IMG/VR virus record: IMGVR_UViG_3300007619_000003 | Location: 1 to 53,241 of that record | Reading direction: 5' to 3' (one strand) | From: a virus | Taxonomy: Duplodnaviria; Caudoviricetes | DNA length: 53,241 nucleotides | Part shown: positions 8,698 through 17,496 of the stretch, one piece after another | Position numbering within the stretch: the stretch's first letter is position 1 | Layout: each line of letters opens with the position of its first letter | The notes under the pieces: model-generated | The model's database searches: none | Told to the model about the DNA's origin: nothing | Seen by the model: the letters and a program-made list of their open reading frames with translations, nothing else | Position numbers and translations under genes: made by a program

Positions 8698-9852
8698 TCA
8701 CGACGCCTCCAGGTCGTGGAGCTTCGCGAGAAGCGGGTCGCGTCGGCCAACGCAGTCGTCGTTCGTCGAGTCCCAGTAGGCGACCAGCTTGTCGGCCACG
8801 GACAGAGCCCGTGCGACTTCCGGAGCCCGCGCCCGGGTCTCGATGCGGAGACGGTCCTCGACCTTCACCGTAGCGCCCGCGCCCCGGAGCTGCTCGGCTC
8901 GAGCTTCCGCCGCCGCCCTCGCCGGCTCCCGCTCGCTCGCCGCGACGTCGTACCGGAGCCGGACCTCGGCGCCAGCTCCGATTTGCGCGAGCTGCTCGGC
9001 CGTCAGATCCGTCACGAGCTCGCCGTCCTTCCACTCGCCCGAGACGTGGAGCATGGGCGGCGCCGGCGTCGGAATGCGATCCCACTCGACGCAGTGATTC
9101 CCGTCGAACGTAGCGACCACGTACCCCTTGTCCTCCGTCTCACCGAAGTTGCACCGGCGGGGCGAGCCCGGATAGACGACGGGGACGCGCCAGTTGCCGG
9201 CGTCGATCGCCCACTCCTGGCCGAGGTGGATGTGGCCGAGCGCCACGAAGTCCGCTTCCGCGCAGGCCAGGTCGTCGAGCGAGAGTTCGAGTTCCTGGCC
9301 GACGAGAGGCGGCTGGCTCGTACTCGTTCTACTCCCCCGGACCATCGCGTGAGAGAGAAGAATCCGCGGCTCCTCGTCCCGGGCCATCCCGCCCCAGCCG
9401 GTCAGGATGGCGCGCAGAGCGGTCTTCGCGTCGTCTTCTCCATTCCCCGCGTGTCCGGGCGGGAGCGACGCGAGTAGGTGCGCCGTCCGCGGCCAGGGCA
9501 GGAGGCAGAAGCGGAACCCGCCGAGTCGGATGGTCGCCGGCGACGAAGCCGCCCAGATGTCGTGGCCCCCAGCGAGCCGGTTCAGGAGGTCGATGTCGCG
9601 CGGGTCGTCGTGGTTGCCGGCGACGACGGCCAGCGGCATCTCGTCCGTGACGGCGGTCATCCACTCGGCGACCGCGATGCGTTCCTCCGATGTGCTCCGC
9701 CGTTCGAACACGTCGCCGGCGTGAGCCATCGCGTCGCAGCCCCGGGCCGCCGCGTCGGCGGCGATCCAGAGCATGATCCGCTTGTAGTCCTCGAAGCGGC
9801 TCCGCCCGTCAGCATGGGTATCGGCCACGAGCGCTAGTTTTCGGATGGTCAC
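8698..9852 (-). CDS. sbcD: SbcD/Mre11-like metallophosphoesterase nuclease
   Basis: ADTH, AGDVF, AGNHD, SHA, ALGHIH, YPGS motifs; adjacent to sbcC. Confidence 0.93.
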   Translation of the reverse strand: MTIRKLALVADTHADGRSRFEDYKRIMLWIAADAAARGCDAMAHAGDVFERRSTSEERIAVAEWMTAVTDEMPLAVVAGNHDDPRDIDLLNRLAGGHDIWAASSPATIRLGGFRFCLLPWPRTAHLLASLPPGHAGNGEDDAKTALRAILTGWGGMARDEEPRILLSHAMVRGSRTSTSQPPLVGQELELSLDDLACAEADFVALGHIHLGQEWAIDAGNWRVPVVYPGSPRRCNFGETEDKGYVVATFDGNHCVEWDRIPTPAPPMLHVSGEWKDGELVTDLTAEQLAQIGAGAEVRLRYDVAASEREPARAAAEARAEQLRGAGATVKVEDRLRIETRARAPEVARALSVADKLVAYWDSTNDDCVGRRDPLLAKLHDLEAS

Positions 9853-10961
9853 GTCGGCATCTCCTCTTCGTCGGTACCCGGCTCCGGGTCGCCGAAGTCC
9901 GGAATGTCGTCTCCCTCGACGTCGATGGCTTCTCCGACGGGCGGCGGCGCGTGTCCAGCGTCCGACGGGGCGGCGGGTAGCGCCGCCGGCGCGGCAGCTC
10001 CCGAGCCGTACAGCGTCTGAGCGCCTCCGAGCGCCGCCTGAGCGGTCATCCGCGCGAACTCCCGGCGGAGCTCCGGGTCCTCCGTCTGGCCGGTGAAAGT
10101 GAGGCGGGCGACCGCGAACGGCTTCTCGAGCTCGTTCGGGTAGTAACTCCGCTTGACCCCGAGCGACGCGATGGCGCGGTTCTTTGCCTTGCTCTCCGCG
10201 TGGCGCAGCAGGAACTTCCGGAGCTCGAGGAGCTGACCGGCGCCGTCGTCCCGTCGCCCCTTGAAGTTGGGGTCGGCCTGGCGCTCCTTCGCTTTCTCGA
10301 CGATCTCGTTGTACTGGTCGCTGCCGTCGCGGAGATCCATCTCGACCTCACCGCTGACCTGGCGCGGCGTCCCGTCGTAATTGCGCGCGGTCCCTACGGC
10401 GCGGAAGTGGATGTATCGGGGATCGCTCGCGTCGTCGAGCCGGCCCGTCGCGACCATGTCCCAGGTCCCGCCGGCGGCCGCCCAGATCTGTTCGAGCGGT
10501 CGTTTACTCAGCCCGACCTTCCCGCCACCGACTTCATACACGTCGCCCGGTCCGCGCTTGTTGACGTTCAGCCATTTGCCATTCCTGGAAAAGTTGTCCT
10601 GGCTGATGTGGACCATCGAGACGCTGACGCCGAAGCCCGCCGGGACGTGCTCGATTTCGGTCGCCGGCGCGACGAGGTGGAACTGTTCGCTGAGCTCCCC
10701 GAGACGGCGACTGATCTCGTTCGGCTCCGAGATGCGGATGAGCGCGGCGGTCTCCTGCTCTACCCTCGCGAGAGCGGAGCCGGGCTTTCGTCTCCGGGTC
10801 TCGAGCTCCGCCTCTGCGGCCTGAGCAACGTCGGCCCAGCGTTGCCGGGTCGCTTCCTTCTGTTGGGGGAGCCAGGTCACGAAGTCCTCGAGGAGCTGGT
10901 CCTCGGCTTCGCTGACGGGTACGGCGGACGCGTTACGCCGTGGGATGGCGGGTTCGGGCAT
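9849..10961 (-). CDS. Putative single-strand annealing recombinase (Rad52/Sak/Red-beta-like)
   Basis: RHAESKAKNRAI motif and acidic C-terminal tail; coupled to sbcD; AGGAG RBS. Confidence 0.65.
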   Translation of the reverse strand: MPEPAIPRRNASAVPVSEAEDQLLEDFVTWLPQQKEATRQRWADVAQAAEAELETRRRKPGSALARVEQETAALIRISEPNEISRRLGELSEQFHLVAPATEIEHVPAGFGVSVSMVHISQDNFSRNGKWLNVNKRGPGDVYEVGGGKVGLSKRPLEQIWAAAGGTWDMVATGRLDDASDPRYIHFRAVGTARNYDGTPRQVSGEVEMDLRDGSDQYNEIVEKAKERQADPNFKGRRDDGAGQLLELRKFLLRHAESKAKNRAIASLGVKRSYYPNELEKPFAVARLTFTGQTEDPELRREFARMTAQAALGGAQTLYGSGAAAPAALPAAPSDAGHAPPPVGEAIDVEGDDIPDFGDPEPGTDEEEMPT

Positions 10962-11008
10962 TTCGGTTCTCCTTGGTTTACTGGTCCCGGGCGCGAAGGC
11001 GCTCGAGC

Positions 11009-11317
11009 TTACTTTCGCTCGCGGCTCGCGACGTCGCAGCGGATGGCGGTCAGAGCGTCGCGGGCGAGCTGCGCCGCCATCTTCCCCGAGAGCGCCGACC
11101 GGCTCAGGGCGCCGGAGGCGAGTAGGACGAGCGCGTGCGTCTCCTCGTCGGCGAGCTCCGCCGCCTTCTCGTCCCAGCGCTGAAGCGCCGCTTGCTGCTT
11201 GGCGTACCCGGCGACGAGCTTCTCGAGGTACGGGCGTTCGATCTCTTTGCCGTCCGTCAGGACGCTCCGGATGTGGGCGAGCGCTTCGTCGGCGGTCGGT
11301 CGTTTCGGCTTTGTCAT
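11009..11317 (-). CDS. Hypothetical protein
   Basis: 102 aa helical; TAGAAT 8 nt upstream of the ATG. Confidence 0.6.
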   Translation of the reverse strand: MTKPKRPTADEALAHIRSVLTDGKEIERPYLEKLVAGYAKQQAALQRWDEKAAELADEETHALVLLASGALSRSALSGKMAAQLARDALTAIRCDVASRERK

Positions 11318-11320
11318 GGT

Positions 11321-11348
11321 CCGGGATTCTACGCCCGTAGAATCCCGG
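11321..11348. promoter_or_regulatory. Perfect 13-bp inverted repeat CCGGGATTCTACG-cc-CGTAGAATCCCGG (operator or promoter)
   Basis: Intergenic palindrome with a TAGAAT -10-like hexamer on each strand. Confidence 0.55.
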
Positions 11349-11359
11349 GATACCAGTGG

Positions 11360-11719
11360 CTAGTCGTCCTCGCGCGGCGGCAACAGAAGATAGTCGCGGT
11401 CTTTCAGGCAGAGATTCAGGTCGAGGGCGACCTGGACCGCCTTCTCCCGGGCGGCTCCGGTCTCGCCTTTCTCGACGAGCCGGGCGACCTCCCAGGCGCG
11501 GCCGGCGAGCTCGCGAGCGAGACAGTCGACGCGGCGGCTCTCGTTGTCACGGAGGGGCTTCGCAGCGGCCGGGCTCCCCGGCGGCGGGAGCTTCCCGCCC
11601 TTGTGGCAGGCGAAGCAGCGGGCGCCCCGCCGTCCCTTCTTCCAGTCGACCTTGTCGCCGGCGGCGTACGGCTCGCGGCAGACGTTGCAGTTCCCCGGAT
11701 ACTTGCTCTCGATGATCAA
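11360..11719 (-). CDS. Small zinc-finger protein
   Basis: SKYPGNCNVC...RCFACH. Confidence 0.6.
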   Translation of the reverse strand: MIIESKYPGNCNVCREPYAAGDKVDWKKGRRGARCFACHKGGKLPPPGSPAAAKPLRDNESRRVDCLARELAGRAWEVARLVEKGETGAAREKAVQVALDLNLCLKDRDYLLLPPREDD

Positions 11720-11818
11720 CGGTCGATGCTCGTAATAGTGCTGGCGACGGCCCGGACTCCACTCCGGACCGCCGCCCCGGGGCGGGAGCGGGGAGATACG
11801 ACCCGACCCGCCCGGTGC

Positions 11819-12931
11819 TCAGGTCAGCTTACCCGCTACGGCCTGGAGATCCAGCCGCCGCTCTTCGCTGACGTCCTCGCGGTTCGCAACCCAGCTCAGC
11901 GCGTTGACGAACCGCCACATCGTCTTTCCCGCTGGGACGTTCAGCTCGTCGTTCGAGGTGAACGCCGCCTCGACGAGCCCGCGCTCCGTCTTCGAGAGCT
12001 GCTTGCCGACCTTCGCCCAGGCGGTTTTGAAGTCCGTCTCCGTCTCGTGCATAGCGCGAATCGCCGAGCAGCGCTCTTCGATGAAGTCGTCCCCGAGCAC
12101 GGCCTTGACGACGTCCGTCGTCTGCGACGCGAGCGCCTGCTCGCTCAGCTGGTAGGTCCGGTTGCTGTACTGGATCCCCTCCTGGAGCTGCGCGCCAACG
12201 TGAGTCTTCTTGAGCTCCTTCTCGCCGACCATCCCGTTCAAACACCAGAGCCGGAGACAGAACGCGGTAACGTGATAGGTCCCGTTTCCGAAGTCGGAGT
12301 TTCCCCAGTGCAGGCCGAAGGCGAGCGCCTCGCCGGGTACCGGTTCGTAGATCTTCGGGATGACGACGCGGACCGCATGACGCGTCTCCGTCGCGTGCCC
12401 GCTGATGGGCTGCGCGCCGACGTTCTTGCACGCGCCGATGAACGCGTCGAGCATCGGGCGGGAGTCCATCCGCTTAAAGCGGTCGGACAAGACGCCGCGG
12501 ACCTGCTCGTCGACGCGGCGGACGAGGACCTGCCCCGGCTGGTTGGCGAGATGCTGCGCGAGCGAATGCTCGAGAAGCGAGCCCTTCCAGCTCGCTTCCG
12601 GATCGCCGTCGAGTAGCGAGCGCCCATAGGCGACGGGCATTCCGGCGCGCTGCATCACCTGGCCGAAGGCGTAGCTCGAGACGTCGAACGTCTCGTCACG
12701 CAGCGCGTAGCGGACGCGGGACGGAACGCGGCGGCTCGGTCCCTCCCGCTCGGCGTCGACGAGCTCGACCGCCGGGTAGCCATGCTCGACGCGGACGCCC
12801 GTCCGCTTCGCGGGGAGGACCTCGTCGACGGGACGGGTCGAGAGAATCGACTCGATGACGGGTCCGGCGGAGCGGAGTCCGTCGCGGAGGGTAGTCTCGA
12901 GGCGGGTACGGGCGAAGGTCATGTCGGTCAC
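11819..12931 (-). CDS. DUF932-family protein
   Basis: RGVLSDRF...WGNSDFG...LRLWCLNGM...TMWRFVNALS motifs; AGGAG RBS. Confidence 0.8.
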   Translation of the reverse strand: MTDMTFARTRLETTLRDGLRSAGPVIESILSTRPVDEVLPAKRTGVRVEHGYPAVELVDAEREGPSRRVPSRVRYALRDETFDVSSYAFGQVMQRAGMPVAYGRSLLDGDPEASWKGSLLEHSLAQHLANQPGQVLVRRVDEQVRGVLSDRFKRMDSRPMLDAFIGACKNVGAQPISGHATETRHAVRVVIPKIYEPVPGEALAFGLHWGNSDFGNGTYHVTAFCLRLWCLNGMVGEKELKKTHVGAQLQEGIQYSNRTYQLSEQALASQTTDVVKAVLGDDFIEERCSAIRAMHETETDFKTAWAKVGKQLSKTERGLVEAAFTSNDELNVPAGKTMWRFVNALSWVANREDVSEERRLDLQAVAGKLT

Positions 12932-13197
12932 TTAGTATCTCCTTGGGGTGTAGGGTCGTCCGCGCGCCAGCATGGCGGGCAGAGAAAAACTGCGACGTAG
13001 AGTCCGCGGATTCTGAGCCCGAACGCGTCGCGCCCGCCGACGTCCATCGTCGACTTCGCGCCGCAGTCCGCGCAGGTGACGACCTCCTCGACGCTCTCGC
13101 GGCGGCGGGTCGCCGTCGCTTCCGCCGCGCCCGAGAGCGAGCGCGGACGGTCTTCGACGATGCTCGTCTCGAGCATCCAGGCGGGGCGGCGGGTCAC
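12928..13197 (-). CDS. Small Cys-motif hypothetical protein
   Basis: CADC...CPPC; 4-nt overlaps. Confidence 0.5.
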   Translation of the reverse strand: MTRRPAWMLETSIVEDRPRSLSGAAEATATRRRESVEEVVTCADCGAKSTMDVGGRDAFGLRIRGLYVAVFLCPPCWRADDPTPQGDTK

Positions 13198-13436
13198 TCC
13201 GATCCGTCGAGCGTACAGGAGCACACGGGCTCGTTGTCGTCGGAGACGTCGCTCCAGTCGGCGAGCGTTACGCGCGCCCGGAGCCAGTTACCCGCGCCCG
13301 GCGAGCGACCCGTCTGGACCCGATCGGTCAGCTCCACGACCTGGTACACCTCGCCATCGTCTCCCGAGACGTACTCGCCGACGTCCGGGAATCCGTTGCC
13401 GCGCTCGTAAATCACCGCCTCGTGGGTCTCGCTCAC
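13194..13436 (-). CDS. Hypothetical acidic protein
   Basis: GTG start overlapping the upstream stop (SETHEAVIYERGNG...). Confidence 0.6.
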   Translation of the reverse strand: MSETHEAVIYERGNGFPDVGEYVSGDDGEVYQVVELTDRVQTGRSPGAGNWLRARVTLADWSDVSDDNEPVCSCTLDGSE

Positions 13437-13699
13437 GAGAGATCCTCCGCGGTCAGCGCGTACGACGCGACGTCCGCCGTGCCGTCGGGCTTCGCGATCT
13501 GCGCGTAGATCGACTGACCTACGGAATACCCGTCGGCCTCGCTGAGACCGGCGGCTGCGACTTCCAGCGCGTCGACGACGGCGTCGCGCGCTTCGCTGTC
13601 GTCGTCGGCCTCGATCGCTACGTCGACGTGGCTCGGCCACTCGCAGGGCCCGGACCTCGCCGGGTCAGCATCGTAGATCGTGTAGGTGTAGTTGCTCAT
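13433..13699 (-). CDS. Hypothetical acidic protein
   Basis: GAGGAG RBS; MSNYTYTIYDAD... Confidence 0.65.
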   Translation of the reverse strand: MSNYTYTIYDADPARSGPCEWPSHVDVAIEADDDSEARDAVVDALEVAAAGLSEADGYSVGQSIYAQIAKPDGTADVASYALTAEDLS

Positions 13700-13703
13700 G
13701 TCT

Positions 13704-13985
13704 TCACTCCTCGTTTCGGGGCCAGCGGGTCCGGTCAGTCCCTGGTCGCGTAGCTCCACGTGGCGATCGCTGCCACCACGGGTAATCGCCGGCGAGCTCG
13801 ATGACGCGATCGCCACCGGGCTCGTCCACCGTCTCGCGGCGCAAGGGTCGCCGAGGGGCGCAGGTTTGGCGACGAACCTCCCGTGCGGCCGTCACGGTCT
13901 CGACTTCCATCCATTCGTTGTCAGGGATTACGACGTCGACGTCCGGCCCTTCGAGCAGCATCCGGGCGAGTTCGTGGGCCTTCAC
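13704..13985 (-). CDS. Hypothetical protein
   Basis: GTG start, KAHELARMLLEGPDVDVVIP (a common phage small-protein N-terminus). Confidence 0.55.
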   Translation of the reverse strand: MKAHELARMLLEGPDVDVVIPDNEWMEVETVTAAREVRRQTCAPRRPLRRETVDEPGGDRVIELAGDYPWWQRSPRGATRPGTDRTRWPRNEE

Positions 13986-14182
13986 TTCACGCTCCCGCGT
14001 GAAGCTCGGAGCGCGCGCTCGAAACAGGCGAACGCTTCGACGCACGTCGCGTTCTGCGTCGGCCGCGCATGCCTCGCGCGCTTTCGCCCGGCGAGCACAG
14101 TCTCGACTTCTCGGACGGCGACGATGCGGCGCCCGCCGTACACTCGGTACGCTGGCGGCAGTTGGGCTTCTCTCTTCGTCAT
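13982..14182 (-). CDS. Hypothetical protein
   Basis: 66 aa; 4-nt overlaps. Confidence 0.45.
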   Translation of the reverse strand: MTKREAQLPPAYRVYGGRRIVAVREVETVLAGRKRARHARPTQNATCVEAFACFERALRASRGSVK

Positions 14183-14439
14183 GTGACCCTCTCGGTGGTG
14201 AAGCGCTCCCCCTCGGCGAACGCGAAGACGAGCGGCTCCGCTCGGCGGGCATCCCGGGGGGCAACCCGGACGACCCAGCGGAGCGCGTCGAGCTTCGTCG
14301 CTTCGGCGGGGACGCCCCGCTCGTACAGGACGGCGGCGAGCCAGCGGGCTCGGTCGCCGAGCATCGTCCCGCCCAGCTGAACGACTTCATCGTTCGGAGC
14401 CGCGGACGGAAGCGTATCGGAGCCGGCGCGGCGGCTCAC
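14179..14439 (-). CDS. Hypothetical protein
   Basis: GTG start in a chain of 4-nt-overlapping ORFs. Confidence 0.45.
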   Translation of the reverse strand: MSRRAGSDTLPSAAPNDEVVQLGGTMLGDRARWLAAVLYERGVPAEATKLDALRWVVRVAPRDARRAEPLVFAFAEGERFTTERVT

Positions 14440-14633
14440 GATGCCTCCTCGGGATCTTCCGTGATGACGACCTCCTCGGGCCACTCGGTGGGGGCCGTGG
14501 CCGGCGAGACGGCGCCCCGCCGGGCGCGGAGCTCGTCGCCGTAGCCGACGTAGAAGCACTGCGAGTAGCGCCCCGCCGCCCGCTCGACGCGGACCGGGGG
14601 GGGCGTCGCGACGCGGACGTCCCAGGCGCTCAC
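14436..14633 (-). CDS. Hypothetical protein
   Basis: GTG start; 4-nt overlaps. Confidence 0.45.
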   Translation of the reverse strand: MSAWDVRVATPPPVRVERAAGRYSQCFYVGYGDELRARRGAVSPATAPTEWPEEVVITEDPEEAS

Positions 14634-15094
14634 GAGCGGACTCCCGCGTTGTAGGCGGCGGCGGCGGCGAATGCGGCGTCGGCTTTCGCGAAGCTCGCCA
14701 TCTCGCAGGCGGGCTCCTCGTCGACGTAGCAGTCGACGGCGAACTCCCCGGTCGCGGCGTTCCAGCGCGTCTGCGCCGTCCCGTGTCCGCGCCGGAGCGC
14801 CGTCTCGAAGAAGCGACGGTCGAACCGGACGTGGTACCACCCGCCGCCGGCGGCGGCGACGTACAGCCAGCCGGGCCCGGACGTCTGGCGGCCGAAGCGG
14901 GTGCCACCGGGCGGCGGCTCGCGGCGGACGGCGACCCAGACGGGCTCCTGTCCGCGCCACTTCCCGAGTACGAGCGAGTAGCCCTCCGGCGCGAAGCCGG
15001 GGCGCTCGCGGCGGACCCAGGGATGCAGCCATTGCCAGGACCCGGCGAAGACGACGACACCGTCCTTCCGGACGCGGGCGCTCGGCGCGCTCAT
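14630..15094 (-). CDS. Hypothetical protein
   Basis: 154 aa, Trp-rich; coupled overlaps. Confidence 0.6.
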   Translation of the reverse strand: MSAPSARVRKDGVVVFAGSWQWLHPWVRRERPGFAPEGYSLVLGKWRGQEPVWVAVRREPPPGGTRFGRQTSGPGWLYVAAAGGGWYHVRFDRRFFETALRRGHGTAQTRWNAATGEFAVDCYVDEEPACEMASFAKADAAFAAAAAYNAGVRS

Positions 15095-15438
15095 CGGAAC
15101 GCCCTCACGATCGCGCGGAGCTCGTCGAGCATCCGTCGGTACTCGCGACCCTCTTCGGTCGCGAGCCAGGCTTCCCGCTTCCCGTCCGCCCGGAGCTGCT
15201 CCGCCCGGAGAATCGGAGCGAGCGTCGCCCGGGTCCGCGGAGCGCTCCGCAACGCCGGGCTCTCGAGACGCACGCGCTCGGCGCCGAGCCGGACGTGGAA
15301 CGCCCGCCCCGTCTTCTCGTTGTACCGGTAGCCGACGAGCGGGCGGGCGAAGACGACGGTCGAGCCGTCATCGGAGAACGAGACCGACGAGACGATCAGG
15401 ATCCGTCCGTCGAGCTCGACGGTTCGGACGGGCTTCAT
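15091..15438 (-). CDS. Hypothetical protein
   Basis: 115 aa; GGAGG RBS; coupled overlaps. Confidence 0.6.
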   Translation of the reverse strand: MKPVRTVELDGRILIVSSVSFSDDGSTVVFARPLVGYRYNEKTGRAFHVRLGAERVRLESPALRSAPRTRATLAPILRAEQLRADGKREAWLATEEGREYRRMLDELRAIVRAFR

Positions 15439-15854
15439 CCGACCTCCCGATCTTCGACGCGGGAGAGGGTCAGGCCGAAGCCGGCGAAGTTCCGCTCGAC
15501 GGCGTCGAGAAGACCGCGCGGGACGTCGAGCCAGGCGGAGCGATATCCGCGATCGTTCGGGACTTTCTCGCCCGTCAGCGCGTCGAAGACGGTCGGGAGC
15601 CAGCCGTCGTGAAGGTACTCCGCCGCCCGGGCGAGCTCCGCGAGCGTCGCGTCCGCGGAGAGCGCGGCGGCGAGAGCTTCTTCAACCTCCGGCTCGTCTT
15701 CGCGGACGGCCTGGCGGCGCGCCGTCTCGAGCTCGGCGCGGGTTACCACGCCGAGCCCGATGACCCACTGATGCCCGAACTTCCCGAGCGTCAGGACTTC
15801 GAACCGGCGGTCGCCGTCGACGCCCCGGCGGACCCACTCGAACAGGCCGCTCAT
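15435..15854 (-). CDS. Hypothetical protein
   Basis: 139 aa; coupled overlaps. Confidence 0.6.
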   Translation of the reverse strand: MSGLFEWVRRGVDGDRRFEVLTLGKFGHQWVIGLGVVTRAELETARRQAVREDEPEVEEALAAALSADATLAELARAAEYLHDGWLPTVFDALTGEKVPNDRGYRSAWLDVPRGLLDAVERNFAGFGLTLSRVEDREVG

Positions 15855-16081
15855 CGCGCCCTCGAAACGTTCAGGTGGAAGACGACGTCCCCGACCCGGA
15901 GCGACAGCCCCGAGTCCTGGCAGCCCCGACGCCCTTCGAGGCGCTCCGCGTCGACGCGGGAGTCGCTCTCGTGGAGCTCGACGACGAGTTCCTCCAGGTC
16001 GGCGAAGTCCGCGCGGTCGAGCGCGGAGACGAGCGCGTCGGTCAGGCGAGCCCGTACGCGGGCGAGTTCTCTCTTTTCCAT
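15851..16081 (-). CDS. Hypothetical protein
   Basis: 76 aa; first gene of the coupled early chain. Confidence 0.55.
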   Translation of the reverse strand: MEKRELARVRARLTDALVSALDRADFADLEELVVELHESDSRVDAERLEGRRGCQDSGLSLRVGDVVFHLNVSRAR

Positions 16082-16218
16082 CGGTATCTCTTTCCGGCGG
16101 CCGCCCCGGGTGGAGTCGGGCGGGCGCCTCGTTGGTTTCTACTAAGGGGAACGGCGCACGAGGGCCAGACCGTAGGAAAACCCACGGCGGCCGCTCCGCT
16201 TTTTTCGCCGTCCCGGCT

Positions 16219-16731
16219 CTACACGCAGGGGCCGGAGACGGTCCGGCAGCAGGCTTTCCCGCCGGGGAGACCGGCGCCCGGGGACCGGCAGACGCCGGCG
16301 CCGCAGTCGGACTGTTCGTCGCACCAGTCGCCGACGTCGCCGCCCTGGCACACCCCGGCGGCGCAGTAGAACGCGCGATCGCAATCCCGGTCCTCCTGGC
16401 ACGCGTCCTGGTAACCGCCGGTTCCCCACGGCTCCTCGACGGGCTCTTCCGGCTCGTCGGGAGCCGCTCCCGCGTCCGCCGCGGGCGGCTCGACGGGTTC
16501 GTCCGGCTCGTCGAGAACGGGCTCCGCGCCTGCGTCCGGGGCGGGCGCCGGCTCGTCGGGCTCGTCGGGCTCGTCGGGCTCGTCGAGCTCGGCGAGCTCG
16601 GCGGCGGGGCGCTCGGCGGAGAGCCCCACGAGATCCGCGACGGGCGCGGCGGGCGCCGGCTCGGGGACTTCGCCGGGCGGGGCGCCGCAGGCGAGTAGCA
16701 CGAAGGCCACGACCAGGGAAAGGCGGGTCAC
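16219..16731 (-). CDS. Lipoprotein with Pro/acidic linker and Cys-rich repeat domain
   Basis: Signal MTRLSLVVAFVLLA-C lipobox, DEP repeats, two CxxDxDC-type units. Confidence 0.75.
   Translation of the reverse strand: MTRLSLVVAFVLLACGAPPGEVPEPAPAAPVADLVGLSAERPAAELAELDEPDEPDEPDEPAPAPDAGAEPVLDEPDEPVEPPAADAGAAPDEPEEPVEEPWGTGGYQDACQEDRDCDRAFYCAAGVCQGGDVGDWCDEQSDCGAGVCRSPGAGLPGGKACCRTVSGPCV
16550..16585. repeat. Tandem 9-bp repeat (GGCTCGTCG)x4 encoding DEP repeats
   Basis: Four exact copies. Confidence 0.85.
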
Positions 16732-16952
16732 TTCTGACCCCGGGCGCGCAGGGCGGCGAGCTTCGCGCGGGAGCGAGCGAACGCCTGGCGCGCTTCGATG
16801 AGGTTTTCGGCGGCGGCGGAGCCCGTCGTGATCGCGACGACGCGGTTCCGCGACGCGTAGCGGGCGAGCCGCGGGAAGCGGGCGGCGAGTAGCTCGAGCG
16901 TCGCTGCGACGTTCGCGCGTCCGTCCGGGCGGCGGTTGCTGGAGTGGTTCAT
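16728..16952 (-). CDS. Hypothetical protein
   Basis: 74 aa; GGAG RBS; first gene of the leftward arm. Confidence 0.55.
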   Translation of the reverse strand: MNHSSNRRPDGRANVAATLELLAARFPRLARYASRNRVVAITTGSAAAENLIEARQAFARSRAKLAALRARGQK

Positions 16953-17163
16953 GCTACTCCGATCGGCGCCCCGCCGAGAAGCTGAAGCTTCTTCCTGCGC
17001 GCTGGTCGTCGGGCCCCATCGCCCTCCGTCCCCAGGTTACCTACAGGGTGGGGAAAAACAAATCGCTAGCCCGATTCAGTACGCTCGGCGATCGTGTCAG
17101 CCTCGAAGTGGGTTTCCCCGAGAGAGCGTCGCGCGCCATCTCGGGGAGAGGAGGTAGCGTTCC

Positions 17164-17496
17164 GTGAGAGAGAGTAGACCGACCGTCGAACCGCCGTCAA
17201 TTCTGCGCCGCCCGCCGGCGAGCGTCGCCGCAAGTTTCGCGCCCGATGCGACGCCCCGGGAGAGACGGCTCATCATCGGCGGCGAAGCGGTCCTCGGGCG
17301 CCCGCTCGCCTTCTACGCCTGGCGGCGGGACTCTATCCGCGCCGTCGCGCTCGTGCAGCTGGCGTACGAGGCGAACGACCCGTACCTCCTCGACCGCCCC
17401 GGACGCGTCACCGTCGAGTCCGTCATCGCCGAGCTCCGAGAAGCGAAGGACAGCATCGAGATCTTCGAGACGGTAATCGATGAGCTCCGCCGATGA
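17164..17496 (+). CDS. Hypothetical protein
   Basis: 110 aa; overlaps the helicase start; true start uncertain. Confidence 0.5.
   Translation: MRESRPTVEPPSILRRPPASVAASFAPDATPRERRLIIGGEAVLGRPLAFYAWRRDSIRAVALVQLAYEANDPYLLDRPGRVTVESVIAELREAKDSIEIFETVIDELRR

Noticed and set aside
8565-8750. Small ORF between sbcD and sbcC
   Set aside because: The candidate frames are very short or low-complexity and cannot be supported
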